From positions 1 to 59,441 of the forward strand of contig VGWX01000004.1 of NCBI GenBank assembly GCA_016873615.1: a stretch of DNA of 59,441 bases, read 5' to 3'. This document shows, piece by piece, positions 1 through 8,990 of the stretch. Made by a program: the position numbers and the translations under genes. Source of the DNA: Nitrospira sp. GTDB taxonomy: Bacteria > Nitrospirota > Thermodesulfovibrionia > Thermodesulfovibrionales > SM23-35. The notes under the pieces are model-generated. The model was not told the origin of the DNA and did not search any database. It saw only the letters and a program-made list of their open reading frames with translations. The stretch's first letter is position 1; each line of letters opens with the position of its first letter.

Positions 1-1
1 T

Positions 2-673
2 GCAAGCGTATTGAGACATCTTGCCGGAATGTCTGACGGAGATGCAAGAAAAGCATTGTCGGCGCTGGAAATTGCTGCCCTCACAACAAATCCGGACAGC
101 AATGGCCGGATAATAATTACGATAGAAATTGCAGAGGAATCAATTCAGAAAAAGGTTGTCGTTTATGATAAAAAAGGCGACCAGCACTATGATACCATCT
201 CCGCGTTTATTAAAAGTATGCGCGGCTCAGACCCTGATGCTGCCATCTATTATCTTGCAAAGATGATCTATGCCGGAGAAGATCCTAGGTTTATCGCAAG
301 GCGGATCATCACATGCGCTTCAGAAGATGTCGGCAATGCAGACCCAATGGCATTAGTCGTCGCAGTATCTGCTTTAAGGGCTGTTGAATTTATCGGCATG
401 CCCGAGGGGAAGATACCACTTGCCCAGGCCGCGATTTATGTTGCTAAGGCGCCTAAAAGCAATGCCGGTTATAAGGCTATCGAAGCAGCGCTAAAAGATA
501 TTTCGACTGAAGAAACCATGGAAGTCCCCGACCATTTAAAGGACAGCCATTATCCGGGAGCCAAGAAATTGGGACATGGAACCGGTTATAAATATCCCCA
601 TGATTTTGGCGGATATGTTGAACAGGACTATCTGAAAAAGAAAAAAAAATATTATAACCCTCTGAACGAATGA
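2..673 (+). CDS. rarA: Replication-associated recombination protein A (RarA/MgsA), 5'-truncated by window edge
   Basis: GDAR..L motif, HYDTISAFIKSMRGSDPDAA, ASEDVGNADP, YKYPHDF; frame is open to the window start. Confidence 0.95.
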   Translation, partial: ASVLRHLAGMSDGDARKALSALEIAALTTNPDSNGRIIITIEIAEESIQKKVVVYDKKGDQHYDTISAFIKSMRGSDPDAAIYYLAKMIYAGEDPRFIARRIITCASEDVGNADPMALVVAVSALRAVEFIGMPEGKIPLAQAAIYVAKAPKSNAGYKAIEAALKDISTEETMEVPDHLKDSHYPGAKKLGHGTGYKYPHDFGGYVEQDYLKKKKKYYNPLNE

Positions 674-3036
674 TACCTAAGACTTCTCTCGAGCTGCTCG
701 AATTCAATAAACTCCTCAGGCTGATCTCTGTTTATGCCAACAGCGACGCCTCTAAATTTTCTGTAATGGATATTCATCCTCTGAATAACAAGGCAGATAT
801 AGAAAAAAGACTCAGCCAGATTTCCGATATCCGCAAAATATCCCATGAGGGCAATCCCATCAGCTTAGATACTTTTGCAGATATATCGACCCTTGTTGTA
901 AAAGTAAGACCTGAAGGCGCTGTCCTTGATGCAATAGAGCTTGCAGACTTCATGCCTGTTTTCAGCATTGCATCATCAATATCATCTCAGATGAAAGAGA
1001 GACCCGACCTTCCCTTTTTGCAGGATCTCTTGAATCTTCTTACAGGTTTTCCCGATATCATGAATACCCTGAAGAAATCGATTGACAGTGAAGGGAATAT
1101 CCTTGACAGCGCATCTTCTCTGCTCTCTGAGCTCAGGGCGCGTATAAGAAATTTCGAAGGAAAGATAAGAAAGAAACTCGAGGAGATCGTAAGGGATGAA
1201 AAGCTGTCTGTTTTCCTTCAGGACGATTTTGTCACAACAAGATCAGGCAGGTGGGTCATACCTGTGAGGATGGACTCAAAGGGACTGGTGCCCGGGGTTG
1301 TCCATGATATATCAAAGTCCGGCGAGACAGCATTCATCGAGCCACTGAGCATTATAAACCTTTCTAATGAGCTGGAAAATCTGAAAGCTGAACAAAAGGC
1401 TGAAGAACTCCGCATTCTCAGGAATATATGCTCGATGATACGGACTGAAGTCAATAATATCATCGCAGAATTCAGAACGATTGTTTATCTTGATATGCTG
1501 AATTGCATTGCATCGTTTGCAGATATGCTTCATATGGAGATCCCGCAGATCAATAACTCCAATACCATCAGCCTTATAAGTTCAAGGCATCCTCTCCTTC
1601 AGCTTTCGCTTCAAAAGATTGACAGGAACAAGCAGGTTGTCCCGCTTGATGTGCAATTAGGCGGAGACAGCACTGTAATGGTCATAACCGGCGCAAATGC
1701 AGGTGGAAAAACCATCGCCATAAAAACAATAGGCCTGCTTCTGCTCATGGCCTTATCAGGCATGCCTGTGCCTGCTGACTCCTCATCGAGCCTTCCCTTT
1801 ATTCAGAGTCTTCTTGTTGATATTGGCGATGAGCAATCAATAGAGAATAACCTTTCTACATTTTCTGCTCATATCTCAAACATTTCAGAAATATTAAAAA
1901 GCAGGGAGTCTGAAACCGTCATCCTGATCGACGAACTCGGCACCGGCACTGACCCGGACGAAGGGTCTGCCCTTGCATGCGCTATTTTAAAAGAATTCCG
2001 GAAAAGCAGTGCGCTTGTATTTGCCACAACACATTTATCGGATATTAAGGGGTTTGTACACAGGACAGGAGGCATGGTCAACGCCTCCATGGAATTTGAC
2101 CAGAAGACACTTACCCCACTCTACCGTTTAAGGACTGGAGAACCCGGCCAGTCTCATGCCCTGGAGATAGCGAAAAAATATGGTCTGCCTGAGAATATAT
2201 TAGCTGATGCAAAAGGGATGCTTGGCAGCATGAAGATAGAGTTTGATCACCTGATATCAGATCTGAATACAAAAAGACTGGATTATGAAAATGCACTGAA
2301 CATTTTACAGAAGCAGCAACTGGAATTGGAGGAGAGAAACAGATTAGTTGAAAAGATGCTGTCTGATTCAAAAGAAAAACAGAAAGAAATTCTCGCTAAT
2401 GCATATAGAGAGGCTTCTGACGTTATTGTAAATACAAAAAGACAGATGAATGCCCTCCTTGATGAGATAAGAAAAAAAGAAAAAGCTGAGAGGCACAGGA
2501 TTATAAAAGAAGTTGAGACACATCAGGAATATGTCATTGAAAAGCTCAGGGAGATTGATATTGAAGACAGCGAAGCCCCTGCTTTGGACGATATAAAAAG
2601 AGGTGATGTTGTTTTTGTTACATCTCTTGGTTATGATGCATCAGTCATAGAAGTGAATCGTAATAATAACCGTTTGAAGGTGGCGGCAAAAAGCATTGAA
2701 TTTGAAGTTCCTGCAACGGATATACGTTTCAGCAGAGGGAAATCCCTGCCGGCAATGAAAGATACTGCTCATCCCGATAAATATGATGCGCCTGTTTCAT
2801 CCAGGCTGAACCTTATAGGACTGAGGGTTGATGAATCGCTTTCGAAGCTTGAACATTTCCTTAATCACGCTTCATTAGGTGATCTCCGTGAAGTTACTGT
2901 AATTCACGGCATGGGAAAGGGATTATTGAAAAAGGCAATACATGATCATCTGAACGAACACCCCTTAATAAAACATTACAGGAGCGGAACCATAGAGGAA
3001 GGAGGCTTTGGAGTAACTGTTATAACCATGAAATAA
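670..3036 (+). CDS. mutS2: Endonuclease MutS2
   Basis: Walker A TGANAGGKT, DELGTGTDP, C-terminal Smr domain (LNLIGLRVDE...IHGMGKG...GGFGVT). Confidence 0.95.
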   Translation: MIPKTSLELLEFNKLLRLISVYANSDASKFSVMDIHPLNNKADIEKRLSQISDIRKISHEGNPISLDTFADISTLVVKVRPEGAVLDAIELADFMPVFSIASSISSQMKERPDLPFLQDLLNLLTGFPDIMNTLKKSIDSEGNILDSASSLLSELRARIRNFEGKIRKKLEEIVRDEKLSVFLQDDFVTTRSGRWVIPVRMDSKGLVPGVVHDISKSGETAFIEPLSIINLSNELENLKAEQKAEELRILRNICSMIRTEVNNIIAEFRTIVYLDMLNCIASFADMLHMEIPQINNSNTISLISSRHPLLQLSLQKIDRNKQVVPLDVQLGGDSTVMVITGANAGGKTIAIKTIGLLLLMALSGMPVPADSSSSLPFIQSLLVDIGDEQSIENNLSTFSAHISNISEILKSRESETVILIDELGTGTDPDEGSALACAILKEFRKSSALVFATTHLSDIKGFVHRTGGMVNASMEFDQKTLTPLYRLRTGEPGQSHALEIAKKYGLPENILADAKGMLGSMKIEFDHLISDLNTKRLDYENALNILQKQQLELEERNRLVEKMLSDSKEKQKEILANAYREASDVIVNTKRQMNALLDEIRKKEKAERHRIIKEVETHQEYVIEKLREIDIEDSEAPALDDIKRGDVVFVTSLGYDASVIEVNRNNNRLKVAAKSIEFEVPATDIRFSRGKSLPAMKDTAHPDKYDAPVSSRLNLIGLRVDESLSKLEHFLNHASLGDLREVTVIHGMGKGLLKKAIHDHLNEHPLIKHYRSGTIEEGGFGVTVITMK

Positions 3037-3060
3037 AGACAGAAAGCGATGGAGCAGAGG

Positions 3061-3282
3061 TTACTGTATAATCACCTCAATGTCAGGCAACTGCTCCTTG
3101 ATCGCTCCTTCAATGCATCTGTTGTCACATTTCACACAAGGTCCGCCGCAGTAAATCACTGCCCTGTTATCCTTAAACTCTGTCAGTTCCGCACAGCTGT
3201 CGTGTGCCGTTAAAATACATTCCAAACCCTGCAGAATCTCTCTGATCTTTTCTTCAATACTGACAGTTGTTCTATCAGCCAT
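3061..3282 (-). CDS. Small NifU/Nfu C-terminal-domain-like protein
   Basis: IEEKIREIL...AHD..AEL.....AVIYCGGPCVKC pattern resembles the Nfu domain; purine-rich SD-like sequence before the ATG at 3282. Confidence 0.55.
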   Translation of the reverse strand: MADRTTVSIEEKIREILQGLECILTAHDSCAELTEFKDNRAVIYCGGPCVKCDNRCIEGAIKEQLPDIEVIIQ

Positions 3283-3338
3283 AACCTGCCTCTCTTTCAT
3301 TCATTGACTTAGAGCATATCTTTAAGGTATTTTTCATT

Positions 3339-3587
3339 ATGGATTTTCATAATAATTTCTATGCTGTTCTTATGCTATCCGCTTTTGCCCTGCTGATAAA
3401 CCTGCCATTCGGCTATGTCAGGGCAAAGTCAAAAAGATATTCCCTGCGCTGGTTCCTTTACATCCATCTGCCTATTCCTATTATATTGATTGCAAGGACT
3501 ATTTCCCATATCGAATTAAATTATGTGCCTTTCTTTGCTTTTGCTGCCATTGCCGGACAAATACTGGGCGGCAAACTGGAGCTTTAA
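3339..3587 (+). CDS. Small membrane hypothetical protein
   Basis: 82 aa, three hydrophobic segments, NLPFGY.R...WFLYIHLPIP; lies directly upstream of the dehydrogenase. Confidence 0.75.
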   Translation: MDFHNNFYAVLMLSAFALLINLPFGYVRAKSKRYSLRWFLYIHLPIPIILIARTISHIELNYVPFFAFAAIAGQILGGKLEL

Positions 3588-3589
3588 TT

Positions 3590-4588
3590 TTGCTCGTCAA
3601 CATCCTTGTTAAACCAGGCAAGATAGAGCTTCGTGAAATACCAAACCCAAAGCCATCTTATGGTGAAATACTAGTCAGAATTAAGGCTGCATTGACATGC
3701 GGGACAGACCTGAAGGCATTCAAACAGGGGCACCATGTAATCCCGATGCCTGGTGTTTTCGGGCATGAGTTTTCAGGCATAGCTGCAGAAGTTGGTAAAG
3801 GAGTGAAAAATTTCAAGACGGGTGACGAGATAATGGCAGTCCATAGCGCCCCGTGTCTTGAATGCAGCTATTGCAGAAAAAAGCTTTTTAACCTGTGCGA
3901 AAATATAATGCATACAAAAATCCTCGGTGCATTTGCAGAATATATTTTATTGCCTCCTCATATTGTGCGGCAGAATACATTTCATAAACCAAAAAATCTC
4001 TCATTTGAAGAAGCGGCTTTTCTTGAGCCCCTCTCCTGTGTAGTTCACGCTATGGAATCTCTCGATATCCGGAAAGGTGATAATGCGTTTGTTATAGGCT
4101 CCGGCCCGATAGGTCTTTTGCATCTCCTGCTGCTTAAAGAAAAAGGGGCAGTGGTAACAGTCATAGACAAACATAAAAATAAATTGTTAACTGCAAAAGA
4201 CCTTGGCTCTGATTTCGTATTAATAAAAAAGAATAAATTTGCCGACTTCATCGGCTTCGATTATGTCTTTGAATGCACAGGAATACCCGAGGTCTGGGAG
4301 GCATCGGTGAATTATGTGCGAAGAGGCGGAACCGTTGTCCTTTTCGGTGGCTGCAAATCAGGCATAACAGTAACCTACGACACAGGAAGACTGCATTATG
4401 ACGAAATAAATCTAAAAGGGACTTTTCATTACACACCTTCTGACGTAAAAAAAGCATATAAGCTCCTGTGTGAGAAGAAAATCAATGTATCAAGCCTTAT
4501 ATCAGGGAGTTATCCACTCAGGCAGACACAGAAAGCCTTTGAAAGATTGGCAAAAGGCGCCGGAATAAAATATGCCATCATACCTTGA
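3590..4588 (+). CDS. Zinc-dependent alcohol/polyol dehydrogenase (MDR family)
   Basis: CGTD, GHEFSG, C..C..C.......C structural Zn site, GSGPIG Rossmann motif. Confidence 0.92.
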   Translation: MLVNILVKPGKIELREIPNPKPSYGEILVRIKAALTCGTDLKAFKQGHHVIPMPGVFGHEFSGIAAEVGKGVKNFKTGDEIMAVHSAPCLECSYCRKKLFNLCENIMHTKILGAFAEYILLPPHIVRQNTFHKPKNLSFEEAAFLEPLSCVVHAMESLDIRKGDNAFVIGSGPIGLLHLLLLKEKGAVVTVIDKHKNKLLTAKDLGSDFVLIKKNKFADFIGFDYVFECTGIPEVWEASVNYVRRGGTVVLFGGCKSGITVTYDTGRLHYDEINLKGTFHYTPSDVKKAYKLLCEKKINVSSLISGSYPLRQTQKAFERLAKGAGIKYAIIP

Positions 4589-4652
4589 ATTTACCCATTA
4601 GTTGCTTAAAAAAATGCAAAAAGGAGCATTTCGGAGATGTTTTACCCATCTA

Positions 4653-4690
4653 AATGAAGACCCCTGCTTGGAGAGACCGCAGGGTATCTT
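4653..4690 (+). repeat. IS200/IS605-end-like hairpin repeat, copy 1
   Basis: aatgaagacccctgcttggagagaccgcagggtatc; related copies at 5666 and 52389. Confidence 0.5.
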
Positions 4691-4709
4691 AACGCAAAGA
4701 ATTGTTTTT

Positions 4710-4883
4710 TTATATTCGCTCTCTATCCGTTTCAAGTTCTATTTTCCCGGTTGTTATATCCAATGCTTTCTTTATCGCTTCAACATTGTCCTTAATCTTT
4801 AAAAACCTTTTAACTTTATCCATATCGCTTTTTTTTATTTCAAATTTTTCTATTCTGACAACATTCGCCTTTTTGAACGTCAA
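4710..4883 (-). CDS. Orphan VapB/RHH-like antitoxin, 57 aa (absent from ORF track)
   Basis: Hand translation from TTG: MTFKKANVVRIEKFEIKKSDMDKVKRFLKIKDNVEAIKKALDITTGKIELETDRERI; strand-helix-helix pattern. Confidence 0.45.
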   Translation of the reverse strand: MTFKKANVVRIEKFEIKKSDMDKVKRFLKIKDNVEAIKKALDITTGKIELETDRERI

Positions 4884-5000
4884 TAGTTGGGGTTTATGCC
4901 TTTTTTTATTATTGATTCAGCTTTATTTACCGCATTATTAGATATTGGTCAATTCTTCCTTTATCAATAAATCCCCCGTACTGCACTGATACTGGGCCAG

Positions 5001-5049
5001 GATATGTAACTATTATTTAGTTGCAATATCTTTATTTCATTGCTATCAT
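5001..5049 (+). promoter_or_regulatory. hicAB promoter with inverted-repeat operator
   Basis: TTGCAA(5021-26)-17 nt-TATCAT(5044-49) with extended-10 TG; IR tgtaacta-N5-tagttgca overlaps the -35. Confidence 0.7.
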
Positions 5050-5055
5050 ATTCAT

Positions 5056-5316
5056 ATGAGCAAAACCGAGAAGCTCCTGAAGAGGTTTCAGTCAAAACCA
5101 AAGGATTTTACTTTTGAGGAAATAGGAGCTACCCTTAAGAGCCTCGGATATACAGAAGTGAAAACAGGCAAGACGTCAGGTTCACGTGTTACGTTTTACA
5201 ATAAGGCATTGGATGACATGATCAAATTTCATAAACCTCATCCGTCATCTGTTATGAAACAATGCTACTTAAAAGAAATTGAAAGACATTTAAAAGACAA
5301 GGGGGCTATAAAATGA
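5056..5316 (+). CDS. hicA: HicA family toxin
   Basis: KDFTFEE...GKTSGSRV.F...HKPHP. Confidence 0.92.
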   Translation: MSKTEKLLKRFQSKPKDFTFEEIGATLKSLGYTEVKTGKTSGSRVTFYNKALDDMIKFHKPHPSSVMKQCYLKEIERHLKDKGAIK

Positions 5317-5648
5317 GCGATTCAATGAGTTATAAAGGTTATATCGGCACTGTCCGCTACAGTGAAGAGGACGAGGTTTTTTACGGTAAAATTGAAGCTA
5401 TTAACGACCTCATTATGTTCGAAGGAAAGAGCGTTAAAGAACTTAAAAAGGCATTCCATGAGGCAGTGGATGATTACCTTGAAACTTGCAAGGATATGGG
5501 AAGGGAGCCGCAAAAAACATTCAAGGGCAGCTTCAACGTAAGAATACCGTCCGAGCTTCACAGAAAGGCTGCAGAGAAAGCGACCATAATGGGGCTGTCC
5601 CTGAATCAACTTGTTCAGAAGGCACTTGAAGAAAAGGTAACCGTATAA
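5313..5648 (+). CDS. hicB: HicB family antitoxin
   Basis: YKGYIGTV.YSEED.VFYG...F.EAVDDYL...FKGSFNVRI..ELH; ATGA overlap with hicA. Confidence 0.93.
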   Translation: MSDSMSYKGYIGTVRYSEEDEVFYGKIEAINDLIMFEGKSVKELKKAFHEAVDDYLETCKDMGREPQKTFKGSFNVRIPSELHRKAAEKATIMGLSLNQLVQKALEEKVTV

Positions 5649-5665
5649 TCACTCGGTAATTTCAC

Positions 5666-5697
5666 AATGAAGAACCCCGCAGCAAGCTGCGAGGAAT
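5666..5697 (+). repeat. IS200/IS605-end-like hairpin repeat, copy 2
   Basis: aatgaagaaccccgcagcaagctgcgagga hairpin. Confidence 0.55.
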
Positions 5698-5731
5698 GCG
5701 CTCGCTATCCGATTCAAAAAACTTATCATTT

Positions 5732-5805
5732 GAGGCTCTTGCAAAAGTCTTATTCTGGTAGCCGCAGGCTTTCCGCCAGTGAAAAGATATTTATGCTTAG
5801 CCTGA
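5732..5805 (+). repeat. Decayed MITE end plus GTAG-type REP remnant
   Basis: gaggctcttgcaaaagtc (IS-end-like) followed by gtagccgcaggcttt...agcctg. Confidence 0.35.
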
Positions 5806-5976
5806 CACAGCCTTTTCGAGTTCTTCTTCACTTATCTGGAGTTCCTGCGAAAGGACTTTCAGCATTGCACCTGACTGAATTTAAAACTGACATTACATAC
5901 AACATGTGTCCACTTCCCTTTTTTCCTTATGCCCTTTATAATAAAGCCAATTTTATATTAAAATATAAAGAGATAA

Positions 5977-6468
5977 ATGCTTGTTGGTTACAACACAAAC
6001 ATACCTTACAAAGATAAGACATATCATGTCCAGACAGAGGATAATGGAAAAAACAATCCGGTGATAGTAACCCTTCTCTATTCAAAAGGCGCAATCCTTG
6101 CATCTAAAAAAACCAGTTATGCAGACATTGTTTCAGACCATGATTATGAGCATAAGGTCAGGGAGCTTATGAAAACACAACATAAGATCATGATAAAAGA
6201 GCTTATAGCTGGTAAATATACAGAAGAGGCTAAGGTTGAGGTCAAGATAACGGAAAAGGCAAAAGAAAAGGAAAAGGTAAAGGTAGAAGAAAAAATAAAA
6301 GGAGTTTTAAAAACTGCAGCAGTTATAGATGGATCAGAACAAAAAGAAAAACAGGAACTTCCAATGAAAAACATCCAACAGCGTGATGCGAAGGCAGAGG
6401 CTATGGATCAGCTTGCAAAAAGCCTTGATGACATTCTGCTGAATTATATAATGAAGAGGGCTAAATAA
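5977..6468 (+). CDS. Conserved hypothetical protein
   Basis: GYNTNIPYK..YHVQTEDNG..NP.IVTLLY..GAILAS globular N-terminus, charged low-complexity middle; abuts transketolase. Confidence 0.8.
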   Translation: MLVGYNTNIPYKDKTYHVQTEDNGKNNPVIVTLLYSKGAILASKKTSYADIVSDHDYEHKVRELMKTQHKIMIKELIAGKYTEEAKVEVKITEKAKEKEKVKVEEKIKGVLKTAAVIDGSEQKEKQELPMKNIQQRDAKAEAMDQLAKSLDDILLNYIMKRAK

Positions 6469-7302
6469 ATGAAATCAACTGTTTCTGAGAAGGATATAGC
6501 TGTTCTGAGGGAGAAGGCAAAAACCCTCAGGATAGAAATCCTCAAGATGCTGACTGAAGCCGGCTCCGGCCATACGGGCGGTTCATTATCTGCGGCTGAC
6601 ATAGTAACCGCACTTTATTTCTACAAGATGCGGCACCGTCCGGATGATCCAAAATGGATAGAAAGAGACAGGTTTATCCTTTCAAAGGGACATGCAGCGC
6701 CGGTCCTCTATGCAGCGCTTGCCCTGTCAGGATATTTTGATAAGACGTTACTTGGTACATTGCGCAAGCTCGGCAGTCCTTTGCAGGGTCATCCATGCTC
6801 CAGGAAACTGCCCGGCATTGAGATCTCGACCGGTTCCCTCGGACAGGGTTTATCAATTGCAAACGGGATCGCCATCGGGTTGAAGCTTGACAAACTTAGT
6901 TCAAGGGTCTATTGCCTGCTTGGAGACGGTGAGATTCAGGAAGGACAGGTATGGGAGGCGGCAATGACTGCTTCACATTACAAACTCGATAATCTCTGCG
7001 CTATTATCGACAATAACGGTCTTCAAATAGACGGCCATTGCTGTGATGTTATGTGCGTAGAACCGATAGTGAATAAATGGGCGGCTTTCGGCTGGCATGT
7101 CCTTGATATTAACGGGCATGATATGGAGGCAATTGTCAGTGCATTAAATGAGGCGGAAATTTTAAAGGGGAAGCCGACAATGATCGTTGCACGAACAGTT
7201 AAAGGCAAAGGCGTTTCATTTTTTGAAGGCAAGGTTGAGTATCATGGTTTGGCGCCTACTCATGAAGAACTCGAAAGAGCATTAAAGGAGCTTAAAGGAT
7301 AA
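6469..7302 (+). CDS. Transketolase, N-terminal (TPP-binding) subunit
   Basis: SGHTGGSLS, DRFILSKGH, LQGHP, GDGE..EG...DNN. Confidence 0.95.
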   Translation: MKSTVSEKDIAVLREKAKTLRIEILKMLTEAGSGHTGGSLSAADIVTALYFYKMRHRPDDPKWIERDRFILSKGHAAPVLYAALALSGYFDKTLLGTLRKLGSPLQGHPCSRKLPGIEISTGSLGQGLSIANGIAIGLKLDKLSSRVYCLLGDGEIQEGQVWEAAMTASHYKLDNLCAIIDNNGLQIDGHCCDVMCVEPIVNKWAAFGWHVLDINGHDMEAIVSALNEAEILKGKPTMIVARTVKGKGVSFFEGKVEYHGLAPTHEELERALKELKG

Positions 7303-8279
7303 TGGGCGAAAGAAAAGAGAAGTCTGAACAAGGGAAACAGTCAATAGAAAAGAAACCTATCGCAACTCGCGATGCGTATGGAGAAGCGCTTCATGAACTC
7401 GGTAAAAAGAGACAGGATATCGTAGTTCTGGATGCAGACCTTTCAGGTTCTACAAAAACAGGAAAATTTGCCAAGGCGTTTCCTGAAAGGTTTTTTAATA
7501 TAGGCGTCTCCGAACAGGATTTAATCGGCACCGCAGGTGGTCTTTCACTTACAGGGAAACTTCCATTTGCATCAACGTTTGCGGTCTTTGAGACCGGCAG
7601 AGCCTGGGAACAGATACGTCAGACCGTCTGCTACTCAAATCTCAATGTGAAACTTGTGGCAACACACAGCGGTATTACTGTCGGCGAAGATGGCGCCTCA
7701 CATCAGGCAATAGAAGACGTGGCTATCATGAGGGTTCTCCCTAATATGACGGTCATTGTCCCTGCTGACGGCATCGAGACAAAGCAGGTCATTAATGCCA
7801 TAGCAGATTATAATGGCCCGGTATACGTAAGGCTCGGAAGGTCTAAGGTTCCGGTTGTAATGCCTGATGATTACGATTTCAAAATTGGAAAAGCTCATAC
7901 ATTCCACCTTGGCAAGGACGCAAATATAGTTGCCATGGGAATTATGGTTACTGCCTCTCTTGAGGCTTCAAAAATTCTGAAGAATGAATGCCTGGATGTC
8001 GGCGTCATTAATATGTCTACTGTTAAGCCGCTCGATACAGAAACAGTTCTTAATGCTTCAAAAATATGCAGGCTGATCGTCACCGCTGAAGAGCATTCGA
8101 CAATAAGCGGTCTTGGCGGCGCTGTGAGTGAATTTCTCTCCGAAACCAATCCTACAAGGATTATCAGGATCGGCATAAAAGATGATTTCGGCTGTTCCGG
8201 AACATCAGAAGAATTGCTGAAACTGTACGGACTTACTGCCGAGAACATTGTTAAGACTATTAAAGAGGGACTGAAATAG
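7302..8279 (+). CDS. Transketolase, C-terminal subunit
   Basis: ATRDAYG, DADLSGST, GEDGASHQ, AEEH. Confidence 0.95.
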   Translation: MGERKEKSEQGKQSIEKKPIATRDAYGEALHELGKKRQDIVVLDADLSGSTKTGKFAKAFPERFFNIGVSEQDLIGTAGGLSLTGKLPFASTFAVFETGRAWEQIRQTVCYSNLNVKLVATHSGITVGEDGASHQAIEDVAIMRVLPNMTVIVPADGIETKQVINAIADYNGPVYVRLGRSKVPVVMPDDYDFKIGKAHTFHLGKDANIVAMGIMVTASLEASKILKNECLDVGVINMSTVKPLDTETVLNASKICRLIVTAEEHSTISGLGGAVSEFLSETNPTRIIRIGIKDDFGCSGTSEELLKLYGLTAENIVKTIKEGLK

Positions 8280-8327
8280 TGTCAGAAACAATTTTTTACG
8301 TTCTGCATTTCACTTTTAACTGAACAA

Positions 8328-8990
8328 ATGATTCACTTTCAGGACGTATCAAAACACTACGACAATCATACAGCCCTGAGGAAAATAACTTTTTACATAG
8401 AAAAAGGCGAGATGGTTTTTGTAACCGGGCCGAGTGGTTCAGGCAAGTCAACGCTTTTGAAACTTATATATATGGCTGAAAAACCTGATGAAGGAGAGAT
8501 AACAGTAGCTGAATGGGAAATAAACAAGCTTAAAGATTCAGCCATTCCGTTATTACGGAGGAATATCGGCGTGGTTTTCCAGGAATTCAGACTGCTCGAT
8601 AACCGGAATATATTTGAGAACATAGCCCTTACACTGCGGATTAGGGGGTTTGACGAAAGAGAGATTAAGGCACGAGTCTTTGAATCACTGAAGATGGTAA
8701 ATTTAAGACATAAAGCTGATAATTTTCCTTCTGCTTTATCAGGCGGGGAACAGCAGAGAGTGGCTATCGCCAGGGCTATTGTTTCTGAGCCTAGGATTCT
8801 TCTTGCTGATGAGCCCACCGGCAATGTAGACCCTGACACCTCGGCAGGAATAATTAGGACTTTCAAGGATATCAATGCAAAAGGCACAACTATCCTTATA
8901 GCAACACATAACAGAGAGATGTTCAGGGAGACGGGCAGGAGGGTAATGAAACTGGATTTCGGGAATTTTACCGGTGAGGAACCCGGATAA
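8328..8990 (+). CDS. ftsE: Cell division ATP-binding protein FtsE
   Basis: GPSGSGKST, LSGGEQQRV, LADEPTGN; context with ftsX. Confidence 0.93.
   Translation: MIHFQDVSKHYDNHTALRKITFYIEKGEMVFVTGPSGSGKSTLLKLIYMAEKPDEGEITVAEWEINKLKDSAIPLLRRNIGVVFQEFRLLDNRNIFENIALTLRIRGFDEREIKARVFESLKMVNLRHKADNFPSALSGGEQQRVAIARAIVSEPRILLADEPTGNVDPDTSAGIIRTFKDINAKGTTILIATHNREMFRETGRRVMKLDFGNFTGEEPG

Noticed and set aside
4602-4941. Plus-strand ORFs 4602-4802 and 4702-4941
   Set aside because: Translate repeat DNA or the antisense of the small minus-strand ORF
5649-6017. ORFs 5667-6017 (+) and 5649-5831 (-)
   Set aside because: Run through hairpin and REP remnants; no protein-like features
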